Source: Microcoleaceae cyanobacterium
GTDB lineage: Bacteria; Cyanobacteriota; Cyanobacteriia; Cyanobacteriales; Microcoleaceae
Assembly: GCA_051652765.1 (NCBI GenBank)
Contig: JBOFUV010000041.1
Location: forward strand, 1-24,750
DNA: 24,750 bases
Direction of reading: 5' to 3'
Shown: positions 1 to 8,100 of the stretch, piece after piece
How the letters are laid out: each line of letters opens with the position of its first letter
How positions within the stretch are numbered: position 1 is the first letter of the stretch
Notes under the pieces: generated by a model
Told to the model about the DNA's origin: nothing
What the model saw: only the letters and a program-made list of their open reading frames with translations
Database searches by the model: none
Made by a program: the position numbers and the translations under genes

Positions 1-1294
1 TCCAAAAGTAATCCCTGTAAATCCTGGAGCGGTTGTAGCATCCCAGGTGAGGGTGGCTGTGGTGGCATTATTGGCAACAATGGCTGAAACTGCTTCATCA
101 GCCTGGAAGACCCCATCTCCATCAAAGTCAATCCAACCCACCAAGGTTGCAGGGTTACCTGTGGTGTTCTCAACCGGAACTGTGACACTGTAGTTCGTGG
201 CATTGGTTGCCAGAGTAGGCAGGGTGGTGAAGGCATCTTCATCGTCTGTGCCAGTGGTATCATCCCCGTCTGCGCCAGGAGTCGGTTGGCTGGCCGGTTC
301 CGCATCAATCACAGCAGCTCCCAGTCCAATATTTGGGTCAATCCCATGACTCGGTATTCCGAACGTGGCTGGGGCATCGCCGAAGTCTGTGGGAGCCAGG
401 GTGATGGTGGTTTGCGCCAGGTTACTCGTTAAGTTATCTGGGTCTGTGACCTGAACTGTTACTGTTCGGGGCACAGGATTGGGGGTCGGTGCGGTGTTGT
501 TGTAAGTGATTGCCTGAATTGCAGCTTGGTAAGTGGCAGGGGGAACATCTCCTGTCAACGTAATCGTCGTGGTGCCGTTGCCAGTAACTGTGATTCCGGC
601 TGGAACATTTGCTGGGTCAATATTCAGGATTTCTGCTGCCCCATCCTGCGGGTTGGTCAGGGTAATGACCGCTTGAGAAATATTGGGACTATCGGGGTCA
701 GCGACAACAACATTGTTGCCAATTGCCACAGGGGTGCCGTTGAAGGCTGTGGTGAAATCTGTTCCAGTTGTATCTCCATCCAGGTCAACCGTTGGAGGGG
801 CGATGATTGCTAAAGAGTAATCTTCCACTTCTCCATCGGCTACTGCGTTCGTGGCGGTCAGGAGGGGGTCAGTGGAGACTCTGAACCGGGCGAAGCTGGC
901 TCCAAAAGTAATCCCTGTAAATCCTGGAGCGGTTGTAGCATCCCAGGTGAGGGTGGCTGTGGTGGCATTATTGGCAACAATGGCTGAAACTGCTTCATCA
1001 GCCTGGAAGACCCCATCTCCATCAAAGTCAATCCAACCTCTTAGAGTAGCAGGGCTACCCGTGGTGTTCTCAACCGGAACTGTGACACTGTAGCTCGTGG
1101 CATTGGTTGCCAGGGTAGGCAGGGTGGTGAAGGCATCTTCATCATCGGGAGTCGTTCCCGCAAGATCATCCCCGTCTGCGCCAGGAGTCGGTTGGCTGGC
1201 CGGTTCCGCATCAATCACAGCAGCTCCCAGTCCAATATTTGGGTCAATCCCATGACTCGGTGTTCCGAACGTGGCTGGGGCATCGCCGAAGTCT
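1..1294. repeat. Near-identical intragenic direct repeat, period ~900 bp (1-388 vs 901-1294)
   Basis: 1-138 is identical to 901-1038. The rest matches apart from a short divergent patch, a few SNPs and a 6-bp indel. Confidence 0.95.
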
Positions 1295-4200
1295 AGGGGA
1301 GTTGCTGGGTTCACCGTCAGTTGATAATCTTCAACTTCCCCATTCGTTGCAGTACCGCCAAAGTTGGCTGTGGTGAGGGCATCAGTAGATAGCCGCAGGC
1401 GAACATAAGTTGTCCCGGCAACAACGTTTTCTAGGTCAGAGTTTGCGGCACTCCAAGTTAAGGCTGCTGTGGTGGCATTGGCGGCAACCGTTGCAGTTAC
1501 CCCCTCAGTTGCTTCAAATGTTCCGTTCTGATTGAAGTCAATCCAACCCACTAAGTTGGCTGCACCTACAGTGTTCGTCACCGGAACAGTCAGGGTGTAT
1601 GTCGTATCCCCAACCGTCAGAGCGGGTAAGGGTGGGAACGTGTTTTCATCGTTGATTCCATTGGTATCGTCTTCAGTTCCCGGAGCCGCCAGATCAGGAG
1701 TTCCATCTCCAAATCCATCAGTATCCGCATCAGGTGCGGCTGGCCCAATTTGTAACCCGCTGACAATACCATGGTTGGGGCCACTATCTGCTAGCAACGT
1801 TCCATAGGTGGTCGGAGCATCTCCAAAGTCGAGGGGCTGCACAATGGACAGTGGATAATCTTCCACTTCTCCATCTGTGGCTACGCCTATGGGGGGCAGA
1901 ATCGTATCAGTTGACAACCGCAACCGGGCAAAGGTTGTACCTACGGTTAACGTAGGAATAGTACTCCAAGTCAAGTTAACCGTCGTCCCATTGGTTCCAT
2001 CTGGAACAGCAACTGTAGCGGCTTCCCCTATTTCAAAGGTATTGTTGTTATTGAAGTCAATCCAACCCACCAGATTTGCCGCGCTGCCAAGGGTGTTCGT
2101 AACCGGAACTGACAACGTATAAGTTGCTGAGCCTACAGCTAGGGCAGGAAGTGTGGTAAAAGCATCTTCATCATCTGGGGCAGTTCCCTTAGTGTCGTCC
2201 TCCGTGCCAGGATTTGCTGCATCTTCTATTCCATCTCCAAAGCCATTCGTATCAAGGTCGGGAGCAGTCGGCCCAATTTGTAACCCAGCAACAATAGTGT
2301 GACGGGGGCCATCATTAGCTAGAAGGGTACCGAATGCACTCGGAGCATCCCCAAAGTCCAGCCCAGCAATCGTAACCTCAAAGTCTTCTACTTCGCCATC
2401 ATCTACTGCACCACCTGGAGTCCCCACCCCAAAGGCAGTTCCATCACTGAGATCAGCATCAGTTGAAATGCGGAAGCGAGCGTAGCTAGTTCCGGCAGCA
2501 ATATCTGGCCCGGTAGTTCCAATATTGTTCCAGGTTAGAGTAGCTGTTGTACCTGTGCTGACAACTGTTGCTGTTGTCCCTTCATCAGCATCAAACACAC
2601 CATCTACATCAAAGTCAATCCAGCCTACAACAGTTGCAGTTTCAAGGGTTCCATTGGTGACAGGAATCGTCAAGGTGTAGGTTGTAGTCCCCGTAGACAG
2701 TGCTGGAATGGTAGCTGGATCAATTGCTTCTTCGTCGTCTGGAGTCCCCGTTACATCATCGTCGGTTGCATCCAGGTTGTTATCTGTGCCATCCACATAA
2801 CCATTAGCGTCCCGATCAGGGGCAACTGTTCCTAAGAACAAATTACTGATGATCTGGTGACTGGGGCCACCATCTGCTTGCAAGGTCAGATAAGTTGTAC
2901 TGCTAGGAGCATCTCCGTAGTCATTGCGGAATAAGCCAATGTCTAAGTTGTAGTTGTTCTGGCCAAAATCCCCAGATGTAAAGGTAATCACTGGAATTGC
3001 GCCGACTAAAACAGCGTCGGAATCAATAGTATCGCTGGTTCCTGGTGCAACTCCAGTTGGGGCATCTGCTGGGGACAGAACATAATTCTCTAGCAGTGCT
3101 CCTGCTCCAAAGTCGGTTGCTACTAACCGAATTTCGTAACCTGTGTTAGGGTTAAATGCTGCAGTTGGAACAGAGAGGAGAAACTCCCCATTTGTGGTCG
3201 TTGTAATTGCAACAGGGGTCACTCCTCCAACTTCGTAAAGCTCAACCGTGACCCCATTTGGAATACCTGGTTCTCCCGCATCTTGAATCCCATCGGCATC
3301 AATATCAATCCAAATGCGATCGCCAAAAACAGTTGTCTGAGGCAGTTGACTGACGTATTCTAGATCGCCTAAGCCATTGGCTTTATTAAAAACAATACCA
3401 CCGCCCACACTTCCACCTGCTGGCCCCGCAAAGATCTCAACCGACCGGGCTCGACTACCATTTGTATTGCTGAGCTGAATAAACCCACCAGAGTTGACTC
3501 TCAGAGGATCAAGCGCAGTTGTAACAATGCTGCTATACCCTGGAACTTGAGCTAATCCTCCTTGCGCTGTCTCAGCATGAGAGGTACCAAGATTCTCCTG
3601 ATTATAAAATTCCCTAGGAGTTGGTGGGGTTGTTAGGTCTTCAATTGTCCAGGTTCCATTTCCATTCGAAGCTGCCCGCAAAATATCACCACCACTAGCT
3701 GCTTCATAACCGTTTGTGGTCGGGCGAATCCCAGTCAAGTCTGGTGTGTTAGGGCCAATCTGATCGGCGGTGCGATCACGGAAGCCCAAGATCATGTCCC
3801 CGTTGCCATCAAAAGCAATGTCACTCAGGATAGGTTGTGTGATCTCAACCCAGCGTTTACCGCCTTGTTCGACAAAGTCGCCAACATTTTCAGGGAAATT
3901 GTCACTCCAAGGATCCCATTCGGCTGTGCCCGTTCCGGCAGGCAAGAAACCTGCCTTGCGCTGACGAGCATAATCGAGGTCGAATTGAATCACTGGAGCA
4001 GCGCTGAAGGTTTCTGTTGTTGGGTCAAAGGTGTAAATAGAGGCATCCAGATCACCTACAGCTTGTGTGGATTCGGCACTATCTACAAAACCGATGTAAA
4101 CTAGGCCATCCCGCACAGCTAAAGCAAACGGGCGAACGTCATCTGCAACCGCTGAACCTGTGAAGTCAATGCCACCGATAGAGCCCGGAAGACCAGAAAT

Positions 4201-5805
4201 CAAATCAAAGGCTTCAAGGCTACCATCCGTGAAGCGAGGATCACCAGGAACATAATCCACAGGAGTTGTTGGATCGGCTGCGGTTCCCACTGGAATCTTG
4301 TAGAGACGGCGATCATTGAGGTTGACTGTCCAGATAAACTGGCGATCCTCAGAGACTTCGACATCTCCCAAAGCAACCTTACCAACCGTCGCAAAAGCCC
4401 GCTCATCACTTAAAAAATTAATGCCTACATCTCCGGGATTTTGACCTGCGGCTCCGTGAGAATAGGGGCCAGCAGAATCGACCCCAAAGAAGTCGTCCAA
4501 ATTAATGAATGGAGTAACCGCATTAGCATTATTGGTATCAACTCGATAAATCGCATCATTGCCCTGGGGCCCAATATCCGCATGACGTTTCTGAAAGGCA
4601 GCCGCGAACAGGTCTGCTGCTTCCGAGTGGTAAGTCAATCCATGAGTGGCCCCAACCTGGCCAATAGTGACTAGGGTTGTCTTACCAGGGGGATTGACAG
4701 GATTGGGGGGGTTTCCAGTTTGAGCTGCAATGTAGTTAAGATCAATAATTGCTGGTTCAGCTTCATCTGTGATGACTGTGTTGTCTGAGAAAACATAGCA
4801 GGTTGCAACTAATTTCGGTGGCGTGGTTCGGTTAGTAAAGTCTGTAGGTCGGTATAAAGCCAGGTTCGCTGTGACGTTGGCGACCCCACCATCAACAAAA
4901 GCCACATTGGAAACAGTATCTGCGCTAGCTGGCGGAGTCACCAAGGACGTGTTGAAAAGGCGGTCGGAAATACCTGTGAACTCTAACCGAACGGGAGTAT
5001 TGTCAGGCACTGTCAGGGTGTAGGTTCCATTTGCCGCCGTTGTAGTAGTTGCAATCAGAGTGCCATCTGATCCAAAGGCTGTAACAGTGATGTTACCGAC
5101 TCCAACATCACTTTCAGCATCAATAGCAACCGTAGCATCTGCAGGACTTATAGCACCATCATTATTAAAATCAAGGAAGGCTTGTCCAGTGATGTCAATG
5201 AGTACGCCCTGCCAATTCTGTTGAGTGGCCGGACTGAACACTTCAGGTACTACAAATTCACGGGTTCTAACATCTAGATTCCAGTTGCCGCCTTTGTCAG
5301 CATGGCCCGTGAGGCTGGTGGAGGCAGCAATCTCTGCTCCAGTTAACCGTTGGAGGTTTTCAATAAATTCAGCTCCGGCATCTCCTACGGCAACGTGACA
5401 ACCGTATAGCAGGAGGGTTGGACGCGATCGCCCCGAATCTCCTTGAACGAGGGGAACTCTGGAGAACCAGCTCTGCAACTGCTCGGCGTAATGTGCCAAA
5501 GTTCCTAAGCTTAACTGAGTATCTCCCAAAGATAAACAGCCTGGGGAGCCGTGGGAAACGATGTGAACTGTGTAAGACGTATGAAAGTTTGAATAACTGT
5601 TTGAATAGTGATTGAGAGCTTCGGTAATTTGTTGAACGCCGTCTTGCTGAGCATTCAGGAGAAACACCTTGATTCCGGGCAAGGCTCCAGCAATCAGATC
5701 CTGACAGTGAGGAACCTGAGCATCGATGAAGAGAATCTGTTGAGTGGAATTGACTGCGCTGAGTATAGATTGTGCCTGGGTCAAGAGCATGTTAGATCTC
5801 TCCAT
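1..5805 (-). CDS. Giant secreted/surface adhesin-like protein (DUF4347 + SdrD-B-like + putative beta-propeller + tandem GEVED + Ig/cadherin-like), 3' end beyond window
   Basis: Manual translation from ATG 5805: MERSNMLLTQ..ILFIDAQV..VHIVSHGSPGCLSLG..LLLYGCHVAVGDAGAEFIENLQRLTGAEIAAS..GGNWNL (DUF4347-like); FGDRIWIDIDADGIQDAGEPG (SdrD-B-like, ~3330); DFGDAP...GWIDF...RFR.STD...GEVED modules ending ~2381, 1855, 1325 and 818, plus a partial fifth. Same frame at base 1. The ORF track lists no stop-terminated ORF in this frame, consistent with the frame being open to the edge. Confidence 0.92.
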   Translation of the reverse strand, partial: MERSNMLLTQAQSILSAVNSTQQILFIDAQVPHCQDLIAGALPGIKVFLLNAQQDGVQQITEALNHYSNSYSNFHTSYTVHIVSHGSPGCLSLGDTQLSLGTLAHYAEQLQSWFSRVPLVQGDSGRSRPTLLLYGCHVAVGDAGAEFIENLQRLTGAEIAASTSLTGHADKGGNWNLDVRTREFVVPEVFSPATQQNWQGVLIDITGQAFLDFNNDGAISPADATVAIDAESDVGVGNITVTAFGSDGTLIATTTTAANGTYTLTVPDNTPVRLEFTGISDRLFNTSLVTPPASADTVSNVAFVDGGVANVTANLALYRPTDFTNRTTPPKLVATCYVFSDNTVITDEAEPAIIDLNYIAAQTGNPPNPVNPPGKTTLVTIGQVGATHGLTYHSEAADLFAAAFQKRHADIGPQGNDAIYRVDTNNANAVTPFINLDDFFGVDSAGPYSHGAAGQNPGDVGINFLSDERAFATVGKVALGDVEVSEDRQFIWTVNLNDRRLYKIPVGTAADPTTPVDYVPGDPRFTDGSLEAFDLISGLPGSIGGIDFTGSAVADDVRPFALAVRDGLVYIGFVDSAESTQAVGDLDASIYTFDPTTETFSAAPVIQFDLDYARQRKAGFLPAGTGTAEWDPWSDNFPENVGDFVEQGGKRWVEITQPILSDIAFDGNGDMILGFRDRTADQIGPNTPDLTGIRPTTNGYEAASGGDILRAASNGNGTWTIEDLTTPPTPREFYNQENLGTSHAETAQGGLAQVPGYSSIVTTALDPLRVNSGGFIQLSNTNGSRARSVEIFAGPAGGSVGGGIVFNKANGLGDLEYVSQLPQTTVFGDRIWIDIDADGIQDAGEPGIPNGVTVELYEVGGVTPVAITTTTNGEFLLSVPTAAFNPNTGYEIRLVATDFGAGALLENYVLSPADAPTGVAPGTSDTIDSDAVLVGAIPVITFTSGDFGQNNYNLDIGLFRNDYGDAPSSTTYLTLQADGGPSHQIISNLFLGTVAPDRDANGYVDGTDNNLDATDDDVTGTPDDEEAIDPATIPALSTGTTTYTLTIPVTNGTLETATVVGWIDFDVDGVFDADEGTTATVVSTGTTATLTWNNIGTTGPDIAAGTSYARFRISTDADLSDGTAFGVGTPGGAVDDGEVEDFEVTIAGLDFGDAPSAFGTLLANDGPRHTIVAGLQIGPTAPDLDTNGFGDGIEDAANPGTEDDTKGTAPDDEDAFTTLPALAVGSATYTLSVPVTNTLGSAANLVGWIDFNNNNTFEIGEAATVAVPDGTNGTTVNLTWSTIPTLTVGTTFARLRLSTDTILPPIGVATDGEVEDYPLSIVQPLDFGDAPTTYGTLLADSGPNHGIVSGLQIGPAAPDADTDGFGDGTPDLAAPGTEDDTNGINDENTFPPLPALTVGDTTYTLTVPVTNTVGAANLVGWIDFNQNGTFEATEGVTATVAANATTAALTWSAANSDLENVVAGTTYVRLRLSTDALTTANFGGTATNGEVEDYQLTVNPATPLDFGDAPATFGTPSHGIDPNIGLGAAVIDAEPASQPTPGADGDDLAGTTPDDEDAFTTLPTLATNATSYSVTVPVENTTGSPATLRGWIDFDGDGVFQADEAVSAIVANNATTATLTWDATTAPGFTGITFGASFARFRVSTDPLLTATNAVADGEVEDYSLAIIAPPTVDLDGDTTGTDFTTAFNGTPVAIGNNVVVADPDSPNISQAVITLTNPQDGAAEILNIDPANVPAGITVTGNGTTTITLTGDVPPATYQAAIQAITYNNTAPTPNPVPRTVTVQVTDPDNLTSNLAQTTITLAPTDFGDAPATFGIPSHGIDPNIGLGAAVIDAEPASQPTPGADGDDTTGTDDEDAFTTLPTLATNATNYSVTVPVENTTGNPATLVGWIDFDGDGVFQADEAVSAIVANNATTATLTWDATTAPGFTGITFG
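5426..5458 (+). repeat. Degenerate GC-rich dispersed repeat copy inside the DUF4347 coding region
   Basis: GATCGCCCCGAATCTCCTTGAACGAGGGGAACT aligns with the copies at 7425 and 16698 (reverse complement). Confidence 0.55.
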
Positions 5806-5844
5806 TTCCTTTATTTTGACGGGTTTTGAGAAATTACTTCTATA

Positions 5845-5887
5845 AAGTTACCGAAGACAAGGCTATTACTGAGTAATAAAAACTACA
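5845..5887 (-). promoter_or_regulatory. Putative class II NtcA-activated promoter of the giant gene
   Basis: Minus strand tGTA-GTTTTTAT-TAC (5887-5873), 22-nt spacer, then TAACTT (5850-5845) = GTA-N8-TAC-N22-TAN3T, ~40 nt before the ATG. Confidence 0.6.
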
Positions 5888-5976
5888 TCGCCCCAAGCCG
5901 ATCTGCGGTTCCGATTTGGAGTATAGCACTATCCCGTTCATCCAGAAGCCGAAGTTTTTTGTGAAGGCTTTTTCGT

Positions 5977-6018
5977 AAAAAAAATCAAGGCATTCTTTGT
6001 GGGGAATGCCTTGATTTT
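5977..6018 (-). terminator. Intrinsic terminator downstream of the HtrA-family gene
   Basis: 15-bp perfect stem AAAATCAAGGCATTC (5981-5995)/GAATGCCTTGATTTT (6004-6018), with a U8 tract on the minus strand. Confidence 0.85.
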
Positions 6019-6072
6019 ACTGTCTTGACTTTAACGTACTAATTCACCTGATTAACTCCAGGCTAGAGAGCC

Positions 6073-7299
6073 TTAACGTTGAGCTGAGTCTTGCAGTTCT
6101 CCAGGGCGAACCGAGATCTGTTGGGTTTCACTGCCCCGTCTCACCGTAACCTTCAACGGCTGACCGATGCGGCTTTTCTCAACTAAAGCTTGTAACTGTT
6201 CCGCACTTTTTACCGCTGCGCCATCGATCTGAGTAATTACGTCTCCCCTTCGAACTCCTGCCGCTGCGGCGGGACTATTCGGAATCACCTGCATCACTAA
6301 CACTCCGTCCACTTCTGGAATCGTGAAAGGGGCATTTGGATCATCATTGAACTGCTTTGCGACCTCCGGAGTCAGGCTCAACATCCGAATCCCAATAAAT
6401 GGATGGGAAATCTTCTCTCCCCGAGCCAGTTGATCCTTGATTTCCTTAGCTTTGTCAATCGGAATTGCAAAACCAATACCTTGACCATCGGCCCGAATCG
6501 CTGTGTTGATGCCAATGACTTCACCGCGATCGCTCAATAAAGGCCCACCGGAGTTGCCAGGGTTAATCGCGGCATCCGTTTGAATGAAATCGAGGCGCTT
6601 GTCCGGAATCCCCACTTGGGCACTAGACCGATTCAGGGTGCTAACAATCCCCAGAGTTACAGTATTGTCCAGTCCCAAGGGATTACCTAGGGCGATCGCC
6701 CAATCCCCGACCTGAACTTGAGCTGAGTTCCCCAAGGGGGCCACAGGCAAATTGCTACCGTCAATCTTGACTACAGCCAGATCAGAGGGTTCATCGGAGC
6801 CTCGGACTTCTCCTTGAAATTGCCGTCCGTCTCGCAAGATTACCGTTACTTTGTCCGCTCCCTTGACCACATGGGCATTGGTTAGGATCATTCCGCTGCT
6901 ATCGACAATAAAGCCCGATCCTTGGCCCTGCTGACGATATTCTCGGGGCGCTTGGGACGTTCCCTCTTCCCCAAAAAACCGTCGAAAGAAGGGATCATCA
7001 AAAAAGGGATCAAGATCACGGGTAACGGTTCGTTCGGTGTCAATCCGCACAACGGCAGGCCCAACCTTATCAACGGCGGCGGCCACAAAATTTCGTACCG
7101 CTGGGTTAGTTGGTGCTACTGCAAGGGGTTCAGCAGCCTGAACGAGGGTTGCTGAACTGACTGGATTGTCAGCGCGAGCCGGGGACAGTTTTGGAAAAGC
7201 CCGCAAAGAAGTTAGGGTCAAACCAACACTGAGTAAAACAGTGACTAAATAACCACCCACTTGTCGTAGTGCAAAGGGTTTGCGCTCAGGCGTTCGCAT
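6073..7299 (-). CDS. hhoA: HhoA/HtrA (DegP-family) serine protease with one PDZ domain
   Basis: GSGFI, TNAHVV (His), SDLAVVKI (Asp), IQTDAAINPGNSGGPL (Ser), C-terminal PDZ (PNSPAAAAGVRRGDVI) and an N-terminal hydrophobic segment. The hhoA vs hhoB/htrA paralog assignment is not certain. Confidence 0.93.
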   Translation of the reverse strand: MRTPERKPFALRQVGGYLVTVLLSVGLTLTSLRAFPKLSPARADNPVSSATLVQAAEPLAVAPTNPAVRNFVAAAVDKVGPAVVRIDTERTVTRDLDPFFDDPFFRRFFGEEGTSQAPREYRQQGQGSGFIVDSSGMILTNAHVVKGADKVTVILRDGRQFQGEVRGSDEPSDLAVVKIDGSNLPVAPLGNSAQVQVGDWAIALGNPLGLDNTVTLGIVSTLNRSSAQVGIPDKRLDFIQTDAAINPGNSGGPLLSDRGEVIGINTAIRADGQGIGFAIPIDKAKEIKDQLARGEKISHPFIGIRMLSLTPEVAKQFNDDPNAPFTIPEVDGVLVMQVIPNSPAAAAGVRRGDVITQIDGAAVKSAEQLQALVEKSRIGQPLKVTVRRGSETQQISVRPGELQDSAQR

Positions 7300-7424
7300 G
7301 AATTTTTTTCCTCTAGTTAACTTTAGTTTACCAACCTACTTACTACTCAATCGATCAGGTAGAAATCCTTCTCCTAACAGCTTGATAAAAATACAGCCGT
7401 TTTTGTTCAGATGTGATACAAAGT

Positions 7425-7457
7425 GATCCCCCTAAATTCTCCCTAAAAAAGGAGACT
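7425..7457 (+). repeat. Cyanobacterial short dispersed GC-rich repeat
   Basis: GATCCCCCTAAATTCTCCCTAAAAAAGGAGACT; similar to the copy at 16698-16732 (reverse complement). Confidence 0.65.
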
Positions 7458-7672
7458 CCAGTGGCTGAGATGTCCCTCACTGATCTTAAAAACTGCTGTA
7501 GTTCTGATGAAGATAGTAATGTGAGCGTCTTGCTTCTCTTTTAGAATTACTTTGGAATTACTATAGATACCTTCTAGACACTCTATGATCAGATCTTAGC
7601 TCAGAAACTTTCTTTCCTACAAACTGAATGTATGGATTTTTCTTGACAGTTGAATATTTTAAAACCCAATAT

Positions 7673-7837
7673 TTACCTCTCTTGAACGGCTTCTGGTGTC
7701 TCATACATCTCAGCCGGAGGAACGAAAATTCCTGTCGTCTCATTATCGGGTGAAGAGGTAACCTGGCTAAATAAACGGTTCATCTCCCGTTGTAAACTAT
7801 CAATTTCCCGAAAGGGTTCCCAACGAACTAAAGGCAT
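7673..7837 (-). pseudogene. hspA: Truncated small heat-shock protein (Hsp20/HspA) N-terminal remnant, 54 aa
   Basis: AAGGAG RBS, then MPLVRWEPFREIDSLQREMNRLFSQVTSSPDNETTGIFVPPAEMYETPEAVQER*. This matches the typical cyanobacterial HspA N-terminus; no alpha-crystallin continuation in any downstream frame. Confidence 0.85.
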
Positions 7838-8100
7838 AATTTTCATCTCCTTAAATTCGACAGTTAAGTTGCCTTCTGATATTAAGAATACTCAATCGGA
7901 CTATACTTGTGAATTCGGTTTTGAGACTGAATCAGGAGAAATAACCGTACCTATATCATGTTAGGTTGCGGGGTTATGCTGCTGCGGATTGCCCAAACTA
8001 GCTTTACGTCCTGAATCTTGAAATATACGCTGGAAATATACGCTGAAAACAGATCCTTAAAACACACTTTCAATTCAGATTCAATTCAGACTTGGATCGT

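Noticed and set aside
1..1294. Diversity-generating retroelement TR/VR pair
   Set aside because: Both copies are in-frame modules of one gene, differences are not adenine-specific and include an indel, and no reverse transcriptase is present in the window.
526..5829. Many short plus-strand ORFs (and 4200-4409 minus) in the ORF track
   Set aside because: They are shadow ORFs of the giant minus-strand gene, with no recognisable motifs.
7411..7428. Possible CRP/NtcA site TGTGATACAAAGTGAT upstream of hhoA
   Set aside because: Only a half-site matches; it fits neither TGTGA-N6-TCACA nor GTA-N8-TAC.
7561..7743. 60-aa minus-strand ORF
   Set aside because: It is an alternative frame overlapping the hspA remnant and AT-rich spacer; no recognisable family and no alpha-crystallin continuation.
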